The notes: a model not told the origin generated them from the sequence alone. 64,000 nt of DNA from an uncultured delta proteobacterium (GCA_963796055.1 CAWCKH010000004.1:3552001-3616000), one strand, 5' to 3'. Positions 51,776 through 61,893 are shown, counted from the first letter of the stretch. Made by a program: numbers and translations.

Positions 51776-52659
51776 GTGGTCCTCCCGAAGAGCCCGGCCG
51801 GCTTCACCAGCAGCACCAGGGCCATGATCACGAACACCACCGTGTTCGACGCCTCCGGGTAGTAGACCTTGGTCAGCCCCTCGATGACCCCCAGCCCGAA
51901 GCCGGTGATGATCGAGCCGAGGATCGACCCCATCCCGCCAATGACCACCACCGCGAACACCACGATGATCAGGTCGGCGCCCATCAGCGGATTGACCCGG
52001 TAGATGGGTGCGGCCATCACCCCCGCCAGCGCGGCCAGCGCCACGCCCAGCCCGTAGGTGATGGTGATGAGGCGCGGGACGTTGATCCCGAACGCCTGGA
52101 CCAATAGTGGATTCTCGGTGGCGGCGCGCAGGTACGAGCCCATCCGGGTGCGCTCGGTCACGAACCAGGTCAGCGCGCAGATCAGCACCGAGACCAGCAC
52201 CACCCAGGCCCGGTAGTTGGGGAGGAACATGAAGCCCAGGCTCTTCCCCCCGCTGAGCTGCGGCGGGATCTCGTATGGCTCGCCCGAGACCCCGAAGTAG
52301 TTGCGGGCGACGCCCTGGATGACCAGCGCCAGGCCGAAGGTGAGGAGCAATCCGTAGAGCGGATCGAGCCCGGCGATCCGCTTGATCATCGTCTTCTCGA
52401 TGAGCATCCCGAAGGCGCCCACCACGATGGGAGAGATGAGCAGCGCCGGCCAGTACCCGATGCCCAGGTGCTCGAGCATCAGCCATGCCACCAGCGCCCC
52501 GAGCATGTACAGGGCGCCGTGGCAGAAGTTGATGACGTTCAGCAGCCCGAAGATGATCGCCAGGCCGAGGCTGAGCAGCGCGTAGAACGAGCCGTTGATC
52601 AGCCCCACCAGGAGCTGGCTGAACAGCGCCTGCACCGGCACTCCGAAGACGGTGGTCAT
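51772..52659 (-). CDS. livH: ABC transporter permease (LivH-like)
   Basis: GSFYALLSLGLAIIFGLLNVINFCHG, VVIGGMGS. Confidence 0.9.
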   Translation of the reverse strand: MTTVFGVPVQALFSQLLVGLINGSFYALLSLGLAIIFGLLNVINFCHGALYMLGALVAWLMLEHLGIGYWPALLISPIVVGAFGMLIEKTMIKRIAGLDPLYGLLLTFGLALVIQGVARNYFGVSGEPYEIPPQLSGGKSLGFMFLPNYRAWVVLVSVLICALTWFVTERTRMGSYLRAATENPLLVQAFGINVPRLITITYGLGVALAALAGVMAAPIYRVNPLMGADLIIVVFAVVVIGGMGSILGSIITGFGLGVIEGLTKVYYPEASNTVVFVIMALVLLVKPAGLFGRTT

Positions 52660-52678
52660 CGGCCTGGCGGAGCGAGGG

Positions 52679-53884
52679 CTACTTCTTGGCGACCAGCGGG
52701 CACTCGCCTTGGTCCAGTGGACGGAATGCCTCGGCGGCGGGGATCTCGTGGATCAGCTTGTAGTAGTCCCATGGTCCCTTGGACTCGGAGGGCTTCTTCA
52801 CCTCGTAGAGGTACATGGGATGGATCTTCCGGCCGTCGGCACGGATGGTGCCCTTGCCGAAGAGGGGGTCGTCCGTCGGCATCGCCTTCATCTTGGCCAC
52901 CACCGCCTTGCCGTCCTGGTCCGACTTGAGGGCCTGCACCGCCTTCAGGTAGTGCAGCACGCCGGCGTAGACGCCAGCCTGGACCATGGTGGGCATGCTG
53001 CCCCCGTGCCGCGCGGCGAACTTCTTCGACCAGGCGCGGGTCTTGTCGTCCCGGTCCCAGTAGAAGGCGGAGGTCAGCTGCAGGCCGTTGGCGGCCTTGA
53101 GACCCAGAGCGTGAATGTCGCTGATGAAGACCAGCAGACCGGCCAGCTTCTGGCCGCCCTGGACGATGCCGAACTCGGCTGCGGACTTGATGGAGTTGAT
53201 GGTGTCGCCGCCGGCGTTGGCCAGGCCGATGATCTTCGCCTTCGAGGCCTGGGCCTGGAGCAGGAAGGAGGAGAAGTCGGAGGTGTTCAGCGGGTGGAGC
53301 ACCGAGCCGAGAACCTTGCCGCCGTTGGCCTCCACCACCGCGCGGGTGTCCTTCTCCAGCGCCTTGCCGAAGGCGTAGTCCGCGGTGAGGAAGAACCAGG
53401 TGTTACCCCCGGCCTTCACCACGGCCTTGCCGGTGCCGTTGGCCAGCGACCAGGTGTCGTAGGTCCAGTGGACGGTGTTGGGGGTGCAGGCCTTCCCGGT
53501 GAGGTCGGAGGTCGCCGCGCCCGAGTCGATGAAGACCTTGTTCTTGTCCGCGGTGATCTTGGCGAGGGCCAGCGCCACGCCCGAGTTGGGGACGTCGACG
53601 ACGACGTCCACCCCGTCCACGTCGTACCACTTGGTGGCGATGCCCGAGCCGATGTCCGGCTTGTTCTGGTGATCGGCGCCGATGACCTGGATCGGCATCC
53701 CCGCCACCTTGTTGCCGAACTCCTCGGCCGCCATCTTCGCGGCCTCCACCGAGCCGGAGCCGCTGAGGTCCGCATAGAGCCCGGACATGTCGTTGAGGAC
53801 GCCGATCTTCACCACCTTCTCCTGGGCCATCGCGGCCAGGGGCAGAAGACAGGTGAGGGCGAGAAGCCGTGAAGCGATTCGCAT
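52679..53884 (-). CDS. ABC transporter substrate-binding protein (Liv/PBP1 family)
   Basis: Signal peptide; KIGVLNDMSG, ADHQNKPD, TADYAFG. Confidence 0.9.
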   Translation of the reverse strand: MRIASRLLALTCLLPLAAMAQEKVVKIGVLNDMSGLYADLSGSGSVEAAKMAAEEFGNKVAGMPIQVIGADHQNKPDIGSGIATKWYDVDGVDVVVDVPNSGVALALAKITADKNKVFIDSGAATSDLTGKACTPNTVHWTYDTWSLANGTGKAVVKAGGNTWFFLTADYAFGKALEKDTRAVVEANGGKVLGSVLHPLNTSDFSSFLLQAQASKAKIIGLANAGGDTINSIKSAAEFGIVQGGQKLAGLLVFISDIHALGLKAANGLQLTSAFYWDRDDKTRAWSKKFAARHGGSMPTMVQAGVYAGVLHYLKAVQALKSDQDGKAVVAKMKAMPTDDPLFGKGTIRADGRKIHPMYLYEVKKPSESKGPWDYYKLIHEIPAAEAFRPLDQGECPLVAKK

Positions 53885-53922
53885 GAGGACGCTCCTGGGG
53901 CGAGGGGAGTGAGAGGAGACGG

Positions 53923-54672
53923 CTAGACACCGAGGTACGTCTGCAGCTGGGGCAAGCTCGACTGAAATCGGTCGGCGGGAATCTGGTCCACCACGCGGCC
54001 GCGGTCCATCACGTAATGACGGTCCGCGATGGACGAGGCGAACTTGAGGTTCTGTTCCACCAGAAGGATGGTGAAGCCTTCGGTCTTGAGCCGGCGGATA
54101 GTGGCGCCGATCTGCTGGACGATGACCGGGGCCAGGCCCTCGGTGGGCTCGTCCAGGAGCAGCAGCCGCGCGCCGGTGCGGAGGATGCGGCCGATGGCCA
54201 GCATCTGCTGTTCTCCGCCCGAAAGCTTCGTCCCCTGGCTGCCCATCCGCTCCCGGAGGTTGGGGAACAGCTCCAGCACCGCGTTGAGCGGCATGCCCCC
54301 TGGCCTGACCGGCGGCGGGAGCAAAAGGTTCTCCTCCACCGTCAGGCTGGCGAAGATGCCCCGCTCCTCCGGGCAGATCTCCATCCCCAGCCGGGCAATC
54401 CGGTGCGGGGGGAGCCCGATGGTCTCGTTGCCCGCCAGCACCACCGAGCCCTCGCGGCGCGGCACCATCCCCATCAGCGAGCGCAGGGTGGTGGTCTTGC
54501 CTGCCCCGTTCCGGCCCAGCAAGGTCACCAGCTCGCCGGGAAGGATCTCGAAGTTGACGCCGTGGAGGATGTGGGACTCGCCGTACCAGGCCTGCAGCCC
54601 CTCGACGTGGAGGAGCGGCCGGGTTCCCGCCTCGGGCGCCGGGCCCGTGCTGGCCATGGCGAGCTCAGGCAT
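53923..54672 (-). CDS. livF: ABC transporter ATP-binding protein (LivF-like)
   Basis: GRNGAGKT, LSGGEQQML, DEPTEGLAP, VEQN. Confidence 0.92.
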   Translation of the reverse strand: MPELAMASTGPAPEAGTRPLLHVEGLQAWYGESHILHGVNFEILPGELVTLLGRNGAGKTTTLRSLMGMVPRREGSVVLAGNETIGLPPHRIARLGMEICPEERGIFASLTVEENLLLPPPVRPGGMPLNAVLELFPNLRERMGSQGTKLSGGEQQMLAIGRILRTGARLLLLDEPTEGLAPVIVQQIGATIRRLKTEGFTILLVEQNLKFASSIADRHYVMDRGRVVDQIPADRFQSSLPQLQTYLGV

Positions 54673-55438
54673 GTTCGGACCCCATGTAGGCCTGGATGAC
54701 GTCCTTGTTCTTGGAGACCGCGGCGTAGTCGCCCTCGGCCAGCACCTCGCCGCGGGCGAGCACGGTGATGATGTGCGAGAGGTTGGCGACCACGTTCAGG
54801 TTGTGCTCGACCATCAGCACCGTCCGGCTGGCGCCCACGCGCTGGATGAGGGTGGCAATCCGGTTCACGTCCTCGTGGCCCATTCCGGCGGTGGGCTCGT
54901 CCAGCAGCAGCAGCTCGGGGTCCAGCGCCAGGGTGGTGGCGATCTCCAGGGCGCGCTTGCGGCCGTAGGACAGCTCCACCGCCTGCGTGTGCAAAAAGTC
55001 TTGCAGACCCACCGCCTCGGCCAGCTCGAGCGCCCGCGGCTCGAGGTCCTTGAGCGCCCGCTCCGAGCGCCAGAAGTCGAAGGACTGGCCGCGCTTCCGC
55101 TGCAGCGCCACCCGGATGTTCTCCAGCACGGTCAGGTGGGGGAACACCGCCGAGATCTGGAACGAGCGCACCACGCCGCGTCGGGCCACGTCGGCCGGTC
55201 GGTCGGAAGTGATGTTCTGCCCCTTGAACTTGATGGTGCCGGCGGAGGGCGTGAGGAACTTGGTCAGCAGATTGAAGCAGGTCGTCTTGCCTGCGCCGTT
55301 CGGGCCGATCAACGCGTGAATGCTTCCGGCGCGGACGGTGAGGCTCACGTTCTTCACCGCCACGAACCCGCGGAATTCCTTGGTGAGACCTTGGGTCTCG
55401 AGAAGCGGCTCACCAGTCTGACGCGCTGAATCGAGCAT
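54665..55438 (-). CDS. livG: ABC transporter ATP-binding protein (LivG-like)
   Basis: GPNGAGKT, RSFQ, LSYGRKR, DEPTAG, VEH. Confidence 0.92.
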   Translation of the reverse strand: MLDSARQTGEPLLETQGLTKEFRGFVAVKNVSLTVRAGSIHALIGPNGAGKTTCFNLLTKFLTPSAGTIKFKGQNITSDRPADVARRGVVRSFQISAVFPHLTVLENIRVALQRKRGQSFDFWRSERALKDLEPRALELAEAVGLQDFLHTQAVELSYGRKRALEIATTLALDPELLLLDEPTAGMGHEDVNRIATLIQRVGASRTVLMVEHNLNVVANLSHIITVLARGEVLAEGDYAAVSKNKDVIQAYMGSEHA

Positions 55439-55525
55439 GTGCGCTGACCTAGAAAAACGGAGGAGGGCGCAGCAAGACACGTTGCGTCGCCCAGGTCGAG
55501 CGCTTCCGACGCGGGACGAGCCCGC

Positions 55526-57289
55526 TCAGCGTTCGGTGACGTACAGCCCCGGAGCGTCCGCCAGCGGCGGGTACTCCTCGCTCCCGATCATCGCCGGAGG
55601 TGGCCGGCGCTCCCCGGCCCGGGCTTCGATCCATCGGGCCCAGGCGTGCCACCAGGTGTCCGTGTGGCGCGTCGACGCAATGCGCCATGCCTCCGGCGAC
55701 TCGTGGAGATGCTCGTGCAGCCAGTAAGCGGCACTCTTGCTCGGCGGGTTCACCACCCCGGCGATGTGGCCCGAGCTGCTCAGCACGAACTGGACCTTCC
55801 CCCCCAGCAGGCTCGTGGTCCGGAAGGCCGCCCGCCACGGGGTGATGTGGTCCTCCACGGCGGCGACGATGAACGTGTCCTGCTCGATGGAGGAGAGGCG
55901 GAGCCGCTGCCCGCGGACGACCATCTCGTCGCGGGCGAGCGCGTTGTCCAGGTAGCAGCCACGCAGGTACTCGGAGAGGAGCCGGGCCGGGATGCGCGTG
56001 CCGTCGTCGTTCCAGGCCAGCAGGTCGAAGCCGGGCGGTTCCTCGCCCATCATCCACGCCGAGCCGAAGTAGTTGAAGTACAGGTCGTTGGGGCGGAGCA
56101 GGTTGAAAGTGCGGGCCATCTCGAACGACTCGAGGAGGCCAGTGCGCTGCACCCGGCGGAGGAGGCGCTCGATGGTGGGCCGGTCGGTGAACGCTCCCAG
56201 CGGGCCGGGGTCGCTGAAGTCCACCAGGGTGTTCATCAGGGTCAGCGAGTTGAGCGAGCGGTCCCCGATGGCCTCGAGGTACGCGGCGAGCATCGTGGCC
56301 AGCGTGCCGCCCACGCACAGGGCGGCGACGTTGACCTTCGGCGCACCGGTGATCTCCTTGACCACCCGCAGTGCCTCCAGCGGACCCTCGACGAGGTAGT
56401 CCCCGTACCCCACATCACGCAGGCTCTGGTCCGGGTTCCGGTAGCTCATGCAGAACGTGGTGTGGCCGTTCTTCACCGCCCACTCCACGAAGCTGCGGCC
56501 GGGGGCGAGGTCCATGATGTAGTACTTGTTGATGAACGGCGGGCTGCAGAGGAGTGGGACGGAGAACGTGGTCTCGGTCTGCGGCGAGTACTGGATCAGC
56601 TCGAAGAGCCGGTTCCGGTAGACGACTTTCCCCGGCGTCGCCGCCAGGTTCTTGCCCACCTCGAAGCCGGAGTGGTCCACCAGCCGCGGCCAGCCCTCGC
56701 GGGTGCGGAGGTCGTCGAGCCACTTGCGCAGCCCCCGCACCGCGCTCAGCCCGCCGGACTCGAAGGCTCGCCGCAGCGCGACCGGGTTGGTGAGGAAGAA
56801 GTTGGTGGGGGCGAAGGCGTCCACCAGCAGCTGGCTCGCCATGCTTGCCTTTCGGGTGGAGACCTCGCCCAGTCCGGCGGCGGCGAGGAGGTCGCGGGCG
56901 AGTTGCTCGCGGAGCAGGTGCTGCTGGAGCAACCAGAAGAAGAGCGCGTTCTCGTTCCAGATCCGGTCGCCGAACCGCCGGTCCTTGGCCGGGATCGGCA
57001 TCGGGCCCTCGGCGGTGGCGCCCACCGCGCGGCCCGCGCTCACCCCCGCGGCGACCAGTGCGCCGTTCGCCCAGCGCACCAGAGCCCTGGCGGTGGCGAG
57101 CGGATGCCGTGCCAGCCCCGCGGCCTCGATGCTCAGGGCCCGGCCGAAGCCCACCGGGTCCACCCGATCGAGGAGCTCGTCCACCGCCCGGCGCAGCCCG
57201 CCGCGCACCTTGCTCGGAGGAGCGGGGGAGGGCAGCGGCGGCTCGACGTCGACCGGCGGGGCGCGCTGCGGAAGCTCGAGCACCTTCAT
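55526..57289 (-). CDS. phaC: Polyhydroxyalkanoate synthase (class I/II type)
   Basis: DRRF, PTNF, ATPGKVV, PPFINKYYIMDL, lipase-like box ALCVGG, DHITPW, GHIAG. Confidence 0.93.
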   Translation of the reverse strand: MKVLELPQRAPPVDVEPPLPSPAPPSKVRGGLRRAVDELLDRVDPVGFGRALSIEAAGLARHPLATARALVRWANGALVAAGVSAGRAVGATAEGPMPIPAKDRRFGDRIWNENALFFWLLQQHLLREQLARDLLAAAGLGEVSTRKASMASQLLVDAFAPTNFFLTNPVALRRAFESGGLSAVRGLRKWLDDLRTREGWPRLVDHSGFEVGKNLAATPGKVVYRNRLFELIQYSPQTETTFSVPLLCSPPFINKYYIMDLAPGRSFVEWAVKNGHTTFCMSYRNPDQSLRDVGYGDYLVEGPLEALRVVKEITGAPKVNVAALCVGGTLATMLAAYLEAIGDRSLNSLTLMNTLVDFSDPGPLGAFTDRPTIERLLRRVQRTGLLESFEMARTFNLLRPNDLYFNYFGSAWMMGEEPPGFDLLAWNDDGTRIPARLLSEYLRGCYLDNALARDEMVVRGQRLRLSSIEQDTFIVAAVEDHITPWRAAFRTTSLLGGKVQFVLSSSGHIAGVVNPPSKSAAYWLHEHLHESPEAWRIASTRHTDTWWHAWARWIEARAGERRPPPAMIGSEEYPPLADAPGLYVTER

Positions 57290-59265
57290 CGTTCACTCCC
57301 TGATGGCGAATGCCGCGACTGTCGCCGGCGCTTGAGGGACTCGAGCGCGTGGCGCTGGGTGTCGAAGAGCTCGGGGTCCACGTGGTGTGCCTGCAGTGAC
57401 GCGCCCAGCTTGAGGCGCAGGAAGGCGCTGGAGGTGTAGCGGGTCACCCGCTCGTAGTAGCGCTCCGTGAGCTGCCGGACCAGCTCTGCGTACGAATCCG
57501 TCAGGTGGGCGGGCACATTGAAGCCGTCGTAGTCCACCACCGCCCGGACGCGCCGGCCCAGCGGCTTGCACACCTCCTCCACCGTCTCGGCGATCCGGCG
57601 GAGGTCCTCCTCGCTCCGGAGGGTGAGCCCGGCGAAGTTGATGAACAGCACCTCGCGCCGGGGGTCGAACTCGAAGCGCGAGGCGAGCGGGCGCTCCTCG
57701 AGCATCGCCCGCAGCCCCATTGCCTCGGCGCGGAAGAGCCGGGGGTCCATGGTCCTCAGCGGCCGCTTGATCTCCGGGGTGAAGTCCATCTGACCGAGCA
57801 CCTCGTGCTCCAGGTCGATGCCCGGGGCAATCTCCTCCAGCCGAATGCCGGAATCGGTGAGCCGGAACACCGCGCGCTCGGTGACGTACATCGTCTCGTG
57901 GCCGGTCTCTCTGGCGCGCTGGCCGCTGAACGTGACCTGCTCGACGGCAGGGATGAATTTCCGGCTCCGGCCCTCCTGGAGGATGCGGAGCCGCCCGTCG
58001 CCGATCTCCAGGGTGAGGCCGCCGCAGGTGAAGGTACCGACGAACACGACCTTGCGGGCGTTCTGGCTGATGTTGATGAACCCGCCACAGCCGGCGAAGG
58101 TCGACCCGAAGCGGCTGACGTTGACGTTACCCTTGGCGTCCACCTGGGCCATGCCCAGGTAGGCCTGGTCGAGCCCGCCCCCGTCGTAGAAGTCGAACTG
58201 CTGGTTCTGGTCCACCAGAGCCTCGGTGTTCACCGCCGCGCCGAAGTTGAGCCCCGAGGCGGGCAGCCCCCCGATGACCCCGGGCTCGGCGGTCAGGGTG
58301 AGCAGGGGCAACAGGCCTTCCTCCGCCGCCACGCCGGCCACCGACTCGGGCATGCCGATGCCGAGGTTGATCAGCGTGCCGGGGACGAGCTCGGACGCCG
58401 CTCGGCGGCCGATGACCTTCCGCCCGTCCAGGTGGGGAGGGGGAAGGGTCTCCAGCGGGACGCGCAGCTCGCCGGAGAAGGCAGGGCTGTACGGCGTGGC
58501 GTAGGTCTGCGCGTGGTACTCGGCCGGGGCCACCGCCACGCAGTCCACCAGCGCGCCAGGAATCTTCACGCTCCGTGCAGGGATGGAGCCGGCCTGCGCG
58601 AGGCGCTCCACCTGGACGATGACCACCCCCCCGCTGTTCTTCGCCGCCATGGCCATCGCCAGGTTGTCGAGGGTGAGCGCCTCTCGCTCCATGCTCACGT
58701 TTCCGTGCGGGTCCGCCGTCGTACCCCGGAGGAAGACCACGTCGATGGGGAAGGTGCGGTAGAGGAGCCAGTCCTCGCCGTGGATCTGCACCAGCTCCAC
58801 CAGGTCCTCGGTGGAGCGGGAGTTCACCTTGCCGCCCCCGTTTCGCGGGTCGACGAACGTGCCGAGGCCGACGCGGGAGATCGTGCCTGGCTTGCCGGCG
58901 GCGATGTCCCGGTACAGGTGCGAGATGCAGCCCTGGGGGAAGTTGTAGGCCTCGATCTCCCCGGCGAGCGCCAGCGCGCCCACCCGCGGGATGAGGCCCC
59001 AGTGTCCGCCCACCACCCGGCGCAGTAGGCCGGGGATGGCCAGGCGATTCAGTCCCCGCGTCTTGCCGTCACCCTGACCGGCGGCGAAGACCAGGGTGAG
59101 CCCGCCCGGCCGTCCGTGGGTCTGGTAAGCGCGAGCCAGCGCATCGAGCAGCCCGTCGGGGGTGCCAATGCCCACGAACCCCGAGGTGGCGATGGTGTTG
59201 CCTGGCTGCACCAAGGCCACTGCCTCGTCGAGGCTCGCGACCTTGCTCACCGACGTGGGCGACAT
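57286..59265 (-). CDS. Acyl-CoA:acetate/propionate CoA-transferase (Pct/YdiF family) with ~130-aa C-terminal extension
   Basis: AAGQGD, GLGTFVDPR, NLGIGMP, catalytic EPG, QFDFYDGGG, GFINISQ. Confidence 0.9.
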   Translation of the reverse strand: MSPTSVSKVASLDEAVALVQPGNTIATSGFVGIGTPDGLLDALARAYQTHGRPGGLTLVFAAGQGDGKTRGLNRLAIPGLLRRVVGGHWGLIPRVGALALAGEIEAYNFPQGCISHLYRDIAAGKPGTISRVGLGTFVDPRNGGGKVNSRSTEDLVELVQIHGEDWLLYRTFPIDVVFLRGTTADPHGNVSMEREALTLDNLAMAMAAKNSGGVVIVQVERLAQAGSIPARSVKIPGALVDCVAVAPAEYHAQTYATPYSPAFSGELRVPLETLPPPHLDGRKVIGRRAASELVPGTLINLGIGMPESVAGVAAEEGLLPLLTLTAEPGVIGGLPASGLNFGAAVNTEALVDQNQQFDFYDGGGLDQAYLGMAQVDAKGNVNVSRFGSTFAGCGGFINISQNARKVVFVGTFTCGGLTLEIGDGRLRILQEGRSRKFIPAVEQVTFSGQRARETGHETMYVTERAVFRLTDSGIRLEEIAPGIDLEHEVLGQMDFTPEIKRPLRTMDPRLFRAEAMGLRAMLEERPLASRFEFDPRREVLFINFAGLTLRSEEDLRRIAETVEEVCKPLGRRVRAVVDYDGFNVPAHLTDSYAELVRQLTERYYERVTRYTSSAFLRLKLGASLQAHHVDPELFDTQRHALESLKRRRQSRHSPSGSER

Positions 59266-59393
59266 CCATGACCCCCTTCCGCAACGCCCCGAGGATCGAC
59301 AAAAAACGGCGGGTCGACCCGGGGCGCCGATGACGCCAGGGGACCCGCCGGGGTGTCAACCGGTGCTTCCCGGCCGACCGGTTCTTCGGGGAA

Positions 59394-59666
59394 CTAGTTC
59401 TTGGGGGTGATGAGGTCGAGCGTGCGCTGGGCGTACTCATTCATCGCCTTCCGCCACTGCGCGCTGATCTGCTCGCCGGCGGTGATGGCCTCCTTGGCCA
59501 CGCGGCCGGCCTCGTCCACGGCCGACACGGCCTGGGCGACGCCCTGCTTCTCAAACTTCTCCACCTCGGACAGCGCCGCGGTGAAGCGGCTGGTGGACTC
59601 CGCCATCAGCTTGAGCCACTCACTGCCGAACTGCTGCATCTGCGTGAAAACGGTCTTCTGGTCCAT
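59394..59666 (-). CDS. Putative phasin (PHA granule protein); in-frame upstream start at 59843
   Basis: 90-aa amphipathic helical, Ala/Gln/Glu-rich; GGGAGGAGA RBS; within PHA cluster behind PhaR-like boxes. Confidence 0.6.
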   Translation of the reverse strand: MDQKTVFTQMQQFGSEWLKLMAESTSRFTAALSEVEKFEKQGVAQAVSAVDEAGRVAKEAITAGEQISAQWRKAMNEYAQRTLDLITPKN

Positions 59667-59736
59667 GGTCTTCTCCTCCCGAAACTCCGGGTTCCCCCCT
59701 CGTGTAACACCTGGCAAACGCGAGTCAAGGGTCTTT

Positions 59737-59751
59737 TGTTGCGGTGCAGCA
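59737..59751. promoter_or_regulatory. Putative PhaR operator
   Basis: TGTTGCGGTGCAGCA near-palindrome just upstream of a minus-strand TTGACT -35. Confidence 0.65.
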
Positions 59752-59912
59752 AAATCAGCTGGCTGTGCGGCATTCTCCGCCGCGGGCCGCTGACTTCCGC
59801 CCGGCGTGCGCCGGGTCTGTCCTGAGCCGTTCTTCCGAGACATCGTGGTCTCCTCCCGGGTGCTGGGTCACTGGTCTGTCGCACCCCAGGCCGGTGGAGT
59901 CAAGTCCCGGTA

Positions 59913-59927
59913 TGTTGCAGTGCAACA
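59913..59927. promoter_or_regulatory. Putative PhaR operator
   Basis: Perfect palindrome TGTTGCA-G-TGCAACA upstream of a second minus-strand TTGACT. Confidence 0.7.
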
Positions 59928-59931
59928 GAAT

Positions 59932-60426
59932 TCATTTTCGGCGCGGTGCCCGGCGCTTCAGGCTGCGGCGGAGCGCGGCCACCTCCCGGCGGAGCTCCCC
60001 GAGCTCGTCCGGGGCTCCCGGGGCTCCCGGGGCGGCTGGCTCGGGTGGACGCGGGCGCTCCGGCGACGCCAGGGCGGGGAAGGGGCGGAGACCGGCGAAG
60101 GGGTTGTAGAGGCCTCCCAGCCCGGACCTGGCCTGGAGGTACATCTCCAGTGCCCAGCTCACGTACCGGCCCAGGAAGTCGGCCAGCGGCTCGTCTCCCA
60201 TGCGGATCAGTTGCAGCAGCAACGGAACGGGGAGGAGCCGGGCGGCGTTCCGGTCCTCGAAGATGATCTGGGCCAGGGTCGGGGCGGTCAGATCCGCGCC
60301 GCTCTTGGCATCCACGACCTGCACGTCCGCCCCGGCGCGAATCCGCTCGGCGATCTCGTCGAGCCGGACGTAGCGGCTTTGCTCGGTGTCGTAGAGGCGG
60401 CGGTTGCCGTACTTCTTCACCAGCAT
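59932..60426 (-). CDS. phaR: PHA synthesis regulator PhaR/PhaF DNA-binding protein
   Basis: KKYGNRRLYDTEQSRYV...VVDAKSGADLT...LAQIIFE; AGGAGG RBS. Confidence 0.92.
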   Translation of the reverse strand: MLVKKYGNRRLYDTEQSRYVRLDEIAERIRAGADVQVVDAKSGADLTAPTLAQIIFEDRNAARLLPVPLLLQLIRMGDEPLADFLGRYVSWALEMYLQARSGLGGLYNPFAGLRPFPALASPERPRPPEPAAPGAPGAPDELGELRREVAALRRSLKRRAPRRK

Positions 60427-60466
60427 GGGTCGCCTCCTATCAGGGACTTGGCCCTGTGCCACTTCC

Positions 60467-60481
60467 TGTGCAGTTGCAGCA
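60467..60481. promoter_or_regulatory. Putative PhaR operator in the phaR/phaZ divergent region
   Basis: TGTGCAGTTGCAGCA, a TGC/GCA box similar to the other two. Confidence 0.5.
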
Positions 60482-60542
60482 AATGTGGGACGACGAACAA
60501 AGGCTGGACCGGCGGGCAGAGGGTCAATAGATTCTCGAATCA

Positions 60543-61757
60543 ATGTACTTCGCCCACGACCTCGGCCGGGCGTTCGCCCTCCCAATTCACACCTGGGCGT
60601 CGATGCTCCGGACGGCGTGGACCCATCCCTTCAACCCGGTCTCGGTGCTGCCCCCGGTACGGGCGATGGCCGCGGCGGCCGAGATGGTCGAGCGGGCCAC
60701 GGCCGCGTACCCCAAGCCCTCCTTCGCCCTCGACTCCACGGTCATCGACGGCCAGGAGGTCGCGGTCCGGGAGCAGCTGGTCCACGAGACGCCCTTCTGC
60801 CGGCTGCTCCACTTCGAGCGGGACGTCCCCCGCGACGACCCGAAGGTCCTCCTCGTCGCTCCGCTCTCCGGTCACCACGCCACGCTCCTCCGCGAGACGG
60901 TGCGCGAGCTGCTGCCGGACCATGACCTCTACGTCACCGACTGGGTGGACGCGCGCCTGGTGCCGCTCGGCGGCGGGAAGTTCGACCTCGCCGACTACGT
61001 CGACCTCCTCATCGCTCACTTGCGGGAGCTCGGGCCCGAGGTGCACATCCTGTCGGTCTGCCAGCCGGCGGTGCCGGTGCTGATCGCCACCGCGATGCTT
61101 GCCGAGGCGGACGACCCGGTGCAGCCGGCGAGCATGGTTCTGATCTCGGGCCCGGTGGACACCCGGGTGAACCCGTCGTCGGTGAACCAGTTCGCCCGGG
61201 TGCACTCGCTGAAGGCGCTCGAGGCGCTGGTGGTCCACCGGGTGCCGGTCGGTCACCCCGGATCAGGCCGGCGGGTGTACCCGGGAATCTTGCAGCTGTG
61301 GTCCTTCATGTCGCTCGATCCGCACCGGCACGTGGACGCCCACGTGGGCTTGTTCAAGGACCTCATGAGGGGCGAGCTCGAGTCCGCCGACAAGCGCCGC
61401 AAGTTCTACGACGAGTACTTCGCGGTGATGGACCTGCCCGCGGAGTTCTATCTGGAGACGGTGCACCACGTGTTCCACCGGCACAGCCTGCCGGAGGGGA
61501 AGATGCTGCACCGCGGGAAGCCCGTGCGTCTGGACGCGATCCGCCGGACGGCGCTGATGACGATCGAGGGTGGGGAGGACGACATCACCGCCCCGGGGCA
61601 GACGTACGCCGCCCACGGCCTGCTCGCGTCCGTCCCCGCCGGCTGGAAGGACCACCTGCTGCTGGAGGGGGCAGGGCACTACGGGACCTTCAGCGGCCGG
61701 CGGTTCCGGGAGCGCGTCGCCCCACGGATGCGGGCGTTCTTCCGCGCGAGACGCTGA
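60543..61757 (+). CDS. phaZ: Intracellular PHB depolymerase
   Basis: VAPLSGHHATLLR, YVTDW, SVCQPAVP, DEYFAVMDL, EGGEDDI, GHYGTFSG. Confidence 0.93.
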   Translation: MYFAHDLGRAFALPIHTWASMLRTAWTHPFNPVSVLPPVRAMAAAAEMVERATAAYPKPSFALDSTVIDGQEVAVREQLVHETPFCRLLHFERDVPRDDPKVLLVAPLSGHHATLLRETVRELLPDHDLYVTDWVDARLVPLGGGKFDLADYVDLLIAHLRELGPEVHILSVCQPAVPVLIATAMLAEADDPVQPASMVLISGPVDTRVNPSSVNQFARVHSLKALEALVVHRVPVGHPGSGRRVYPGILQLWSFMSLDPHRHVDAHVGLFKDLMRGELESADKRRKFYDEYFAVMDLPAEFYLETVHHVFHRHSLPEGKMLHRGKPVRLDAIRRTALMTIEGGEDDITAPGQTYAAHGLLASVPAGWKDHLLLEGAGHYGTFSGRRFRERVAPRMRAFFRARR

Positions 61758-61893
61758 GCCGCGGGGTCGGCGTCCGCCATGTCGCCGGACGTTGGTCTGC
61801 CCCTGGGCGGCGGTCGGAGAGCGCCGGCGCCCTGCCGGGCACCCCTGACTGCCTCGCGCCGGGCTCCAGTTCCCTCGTACTCTCCGGGCCGTC

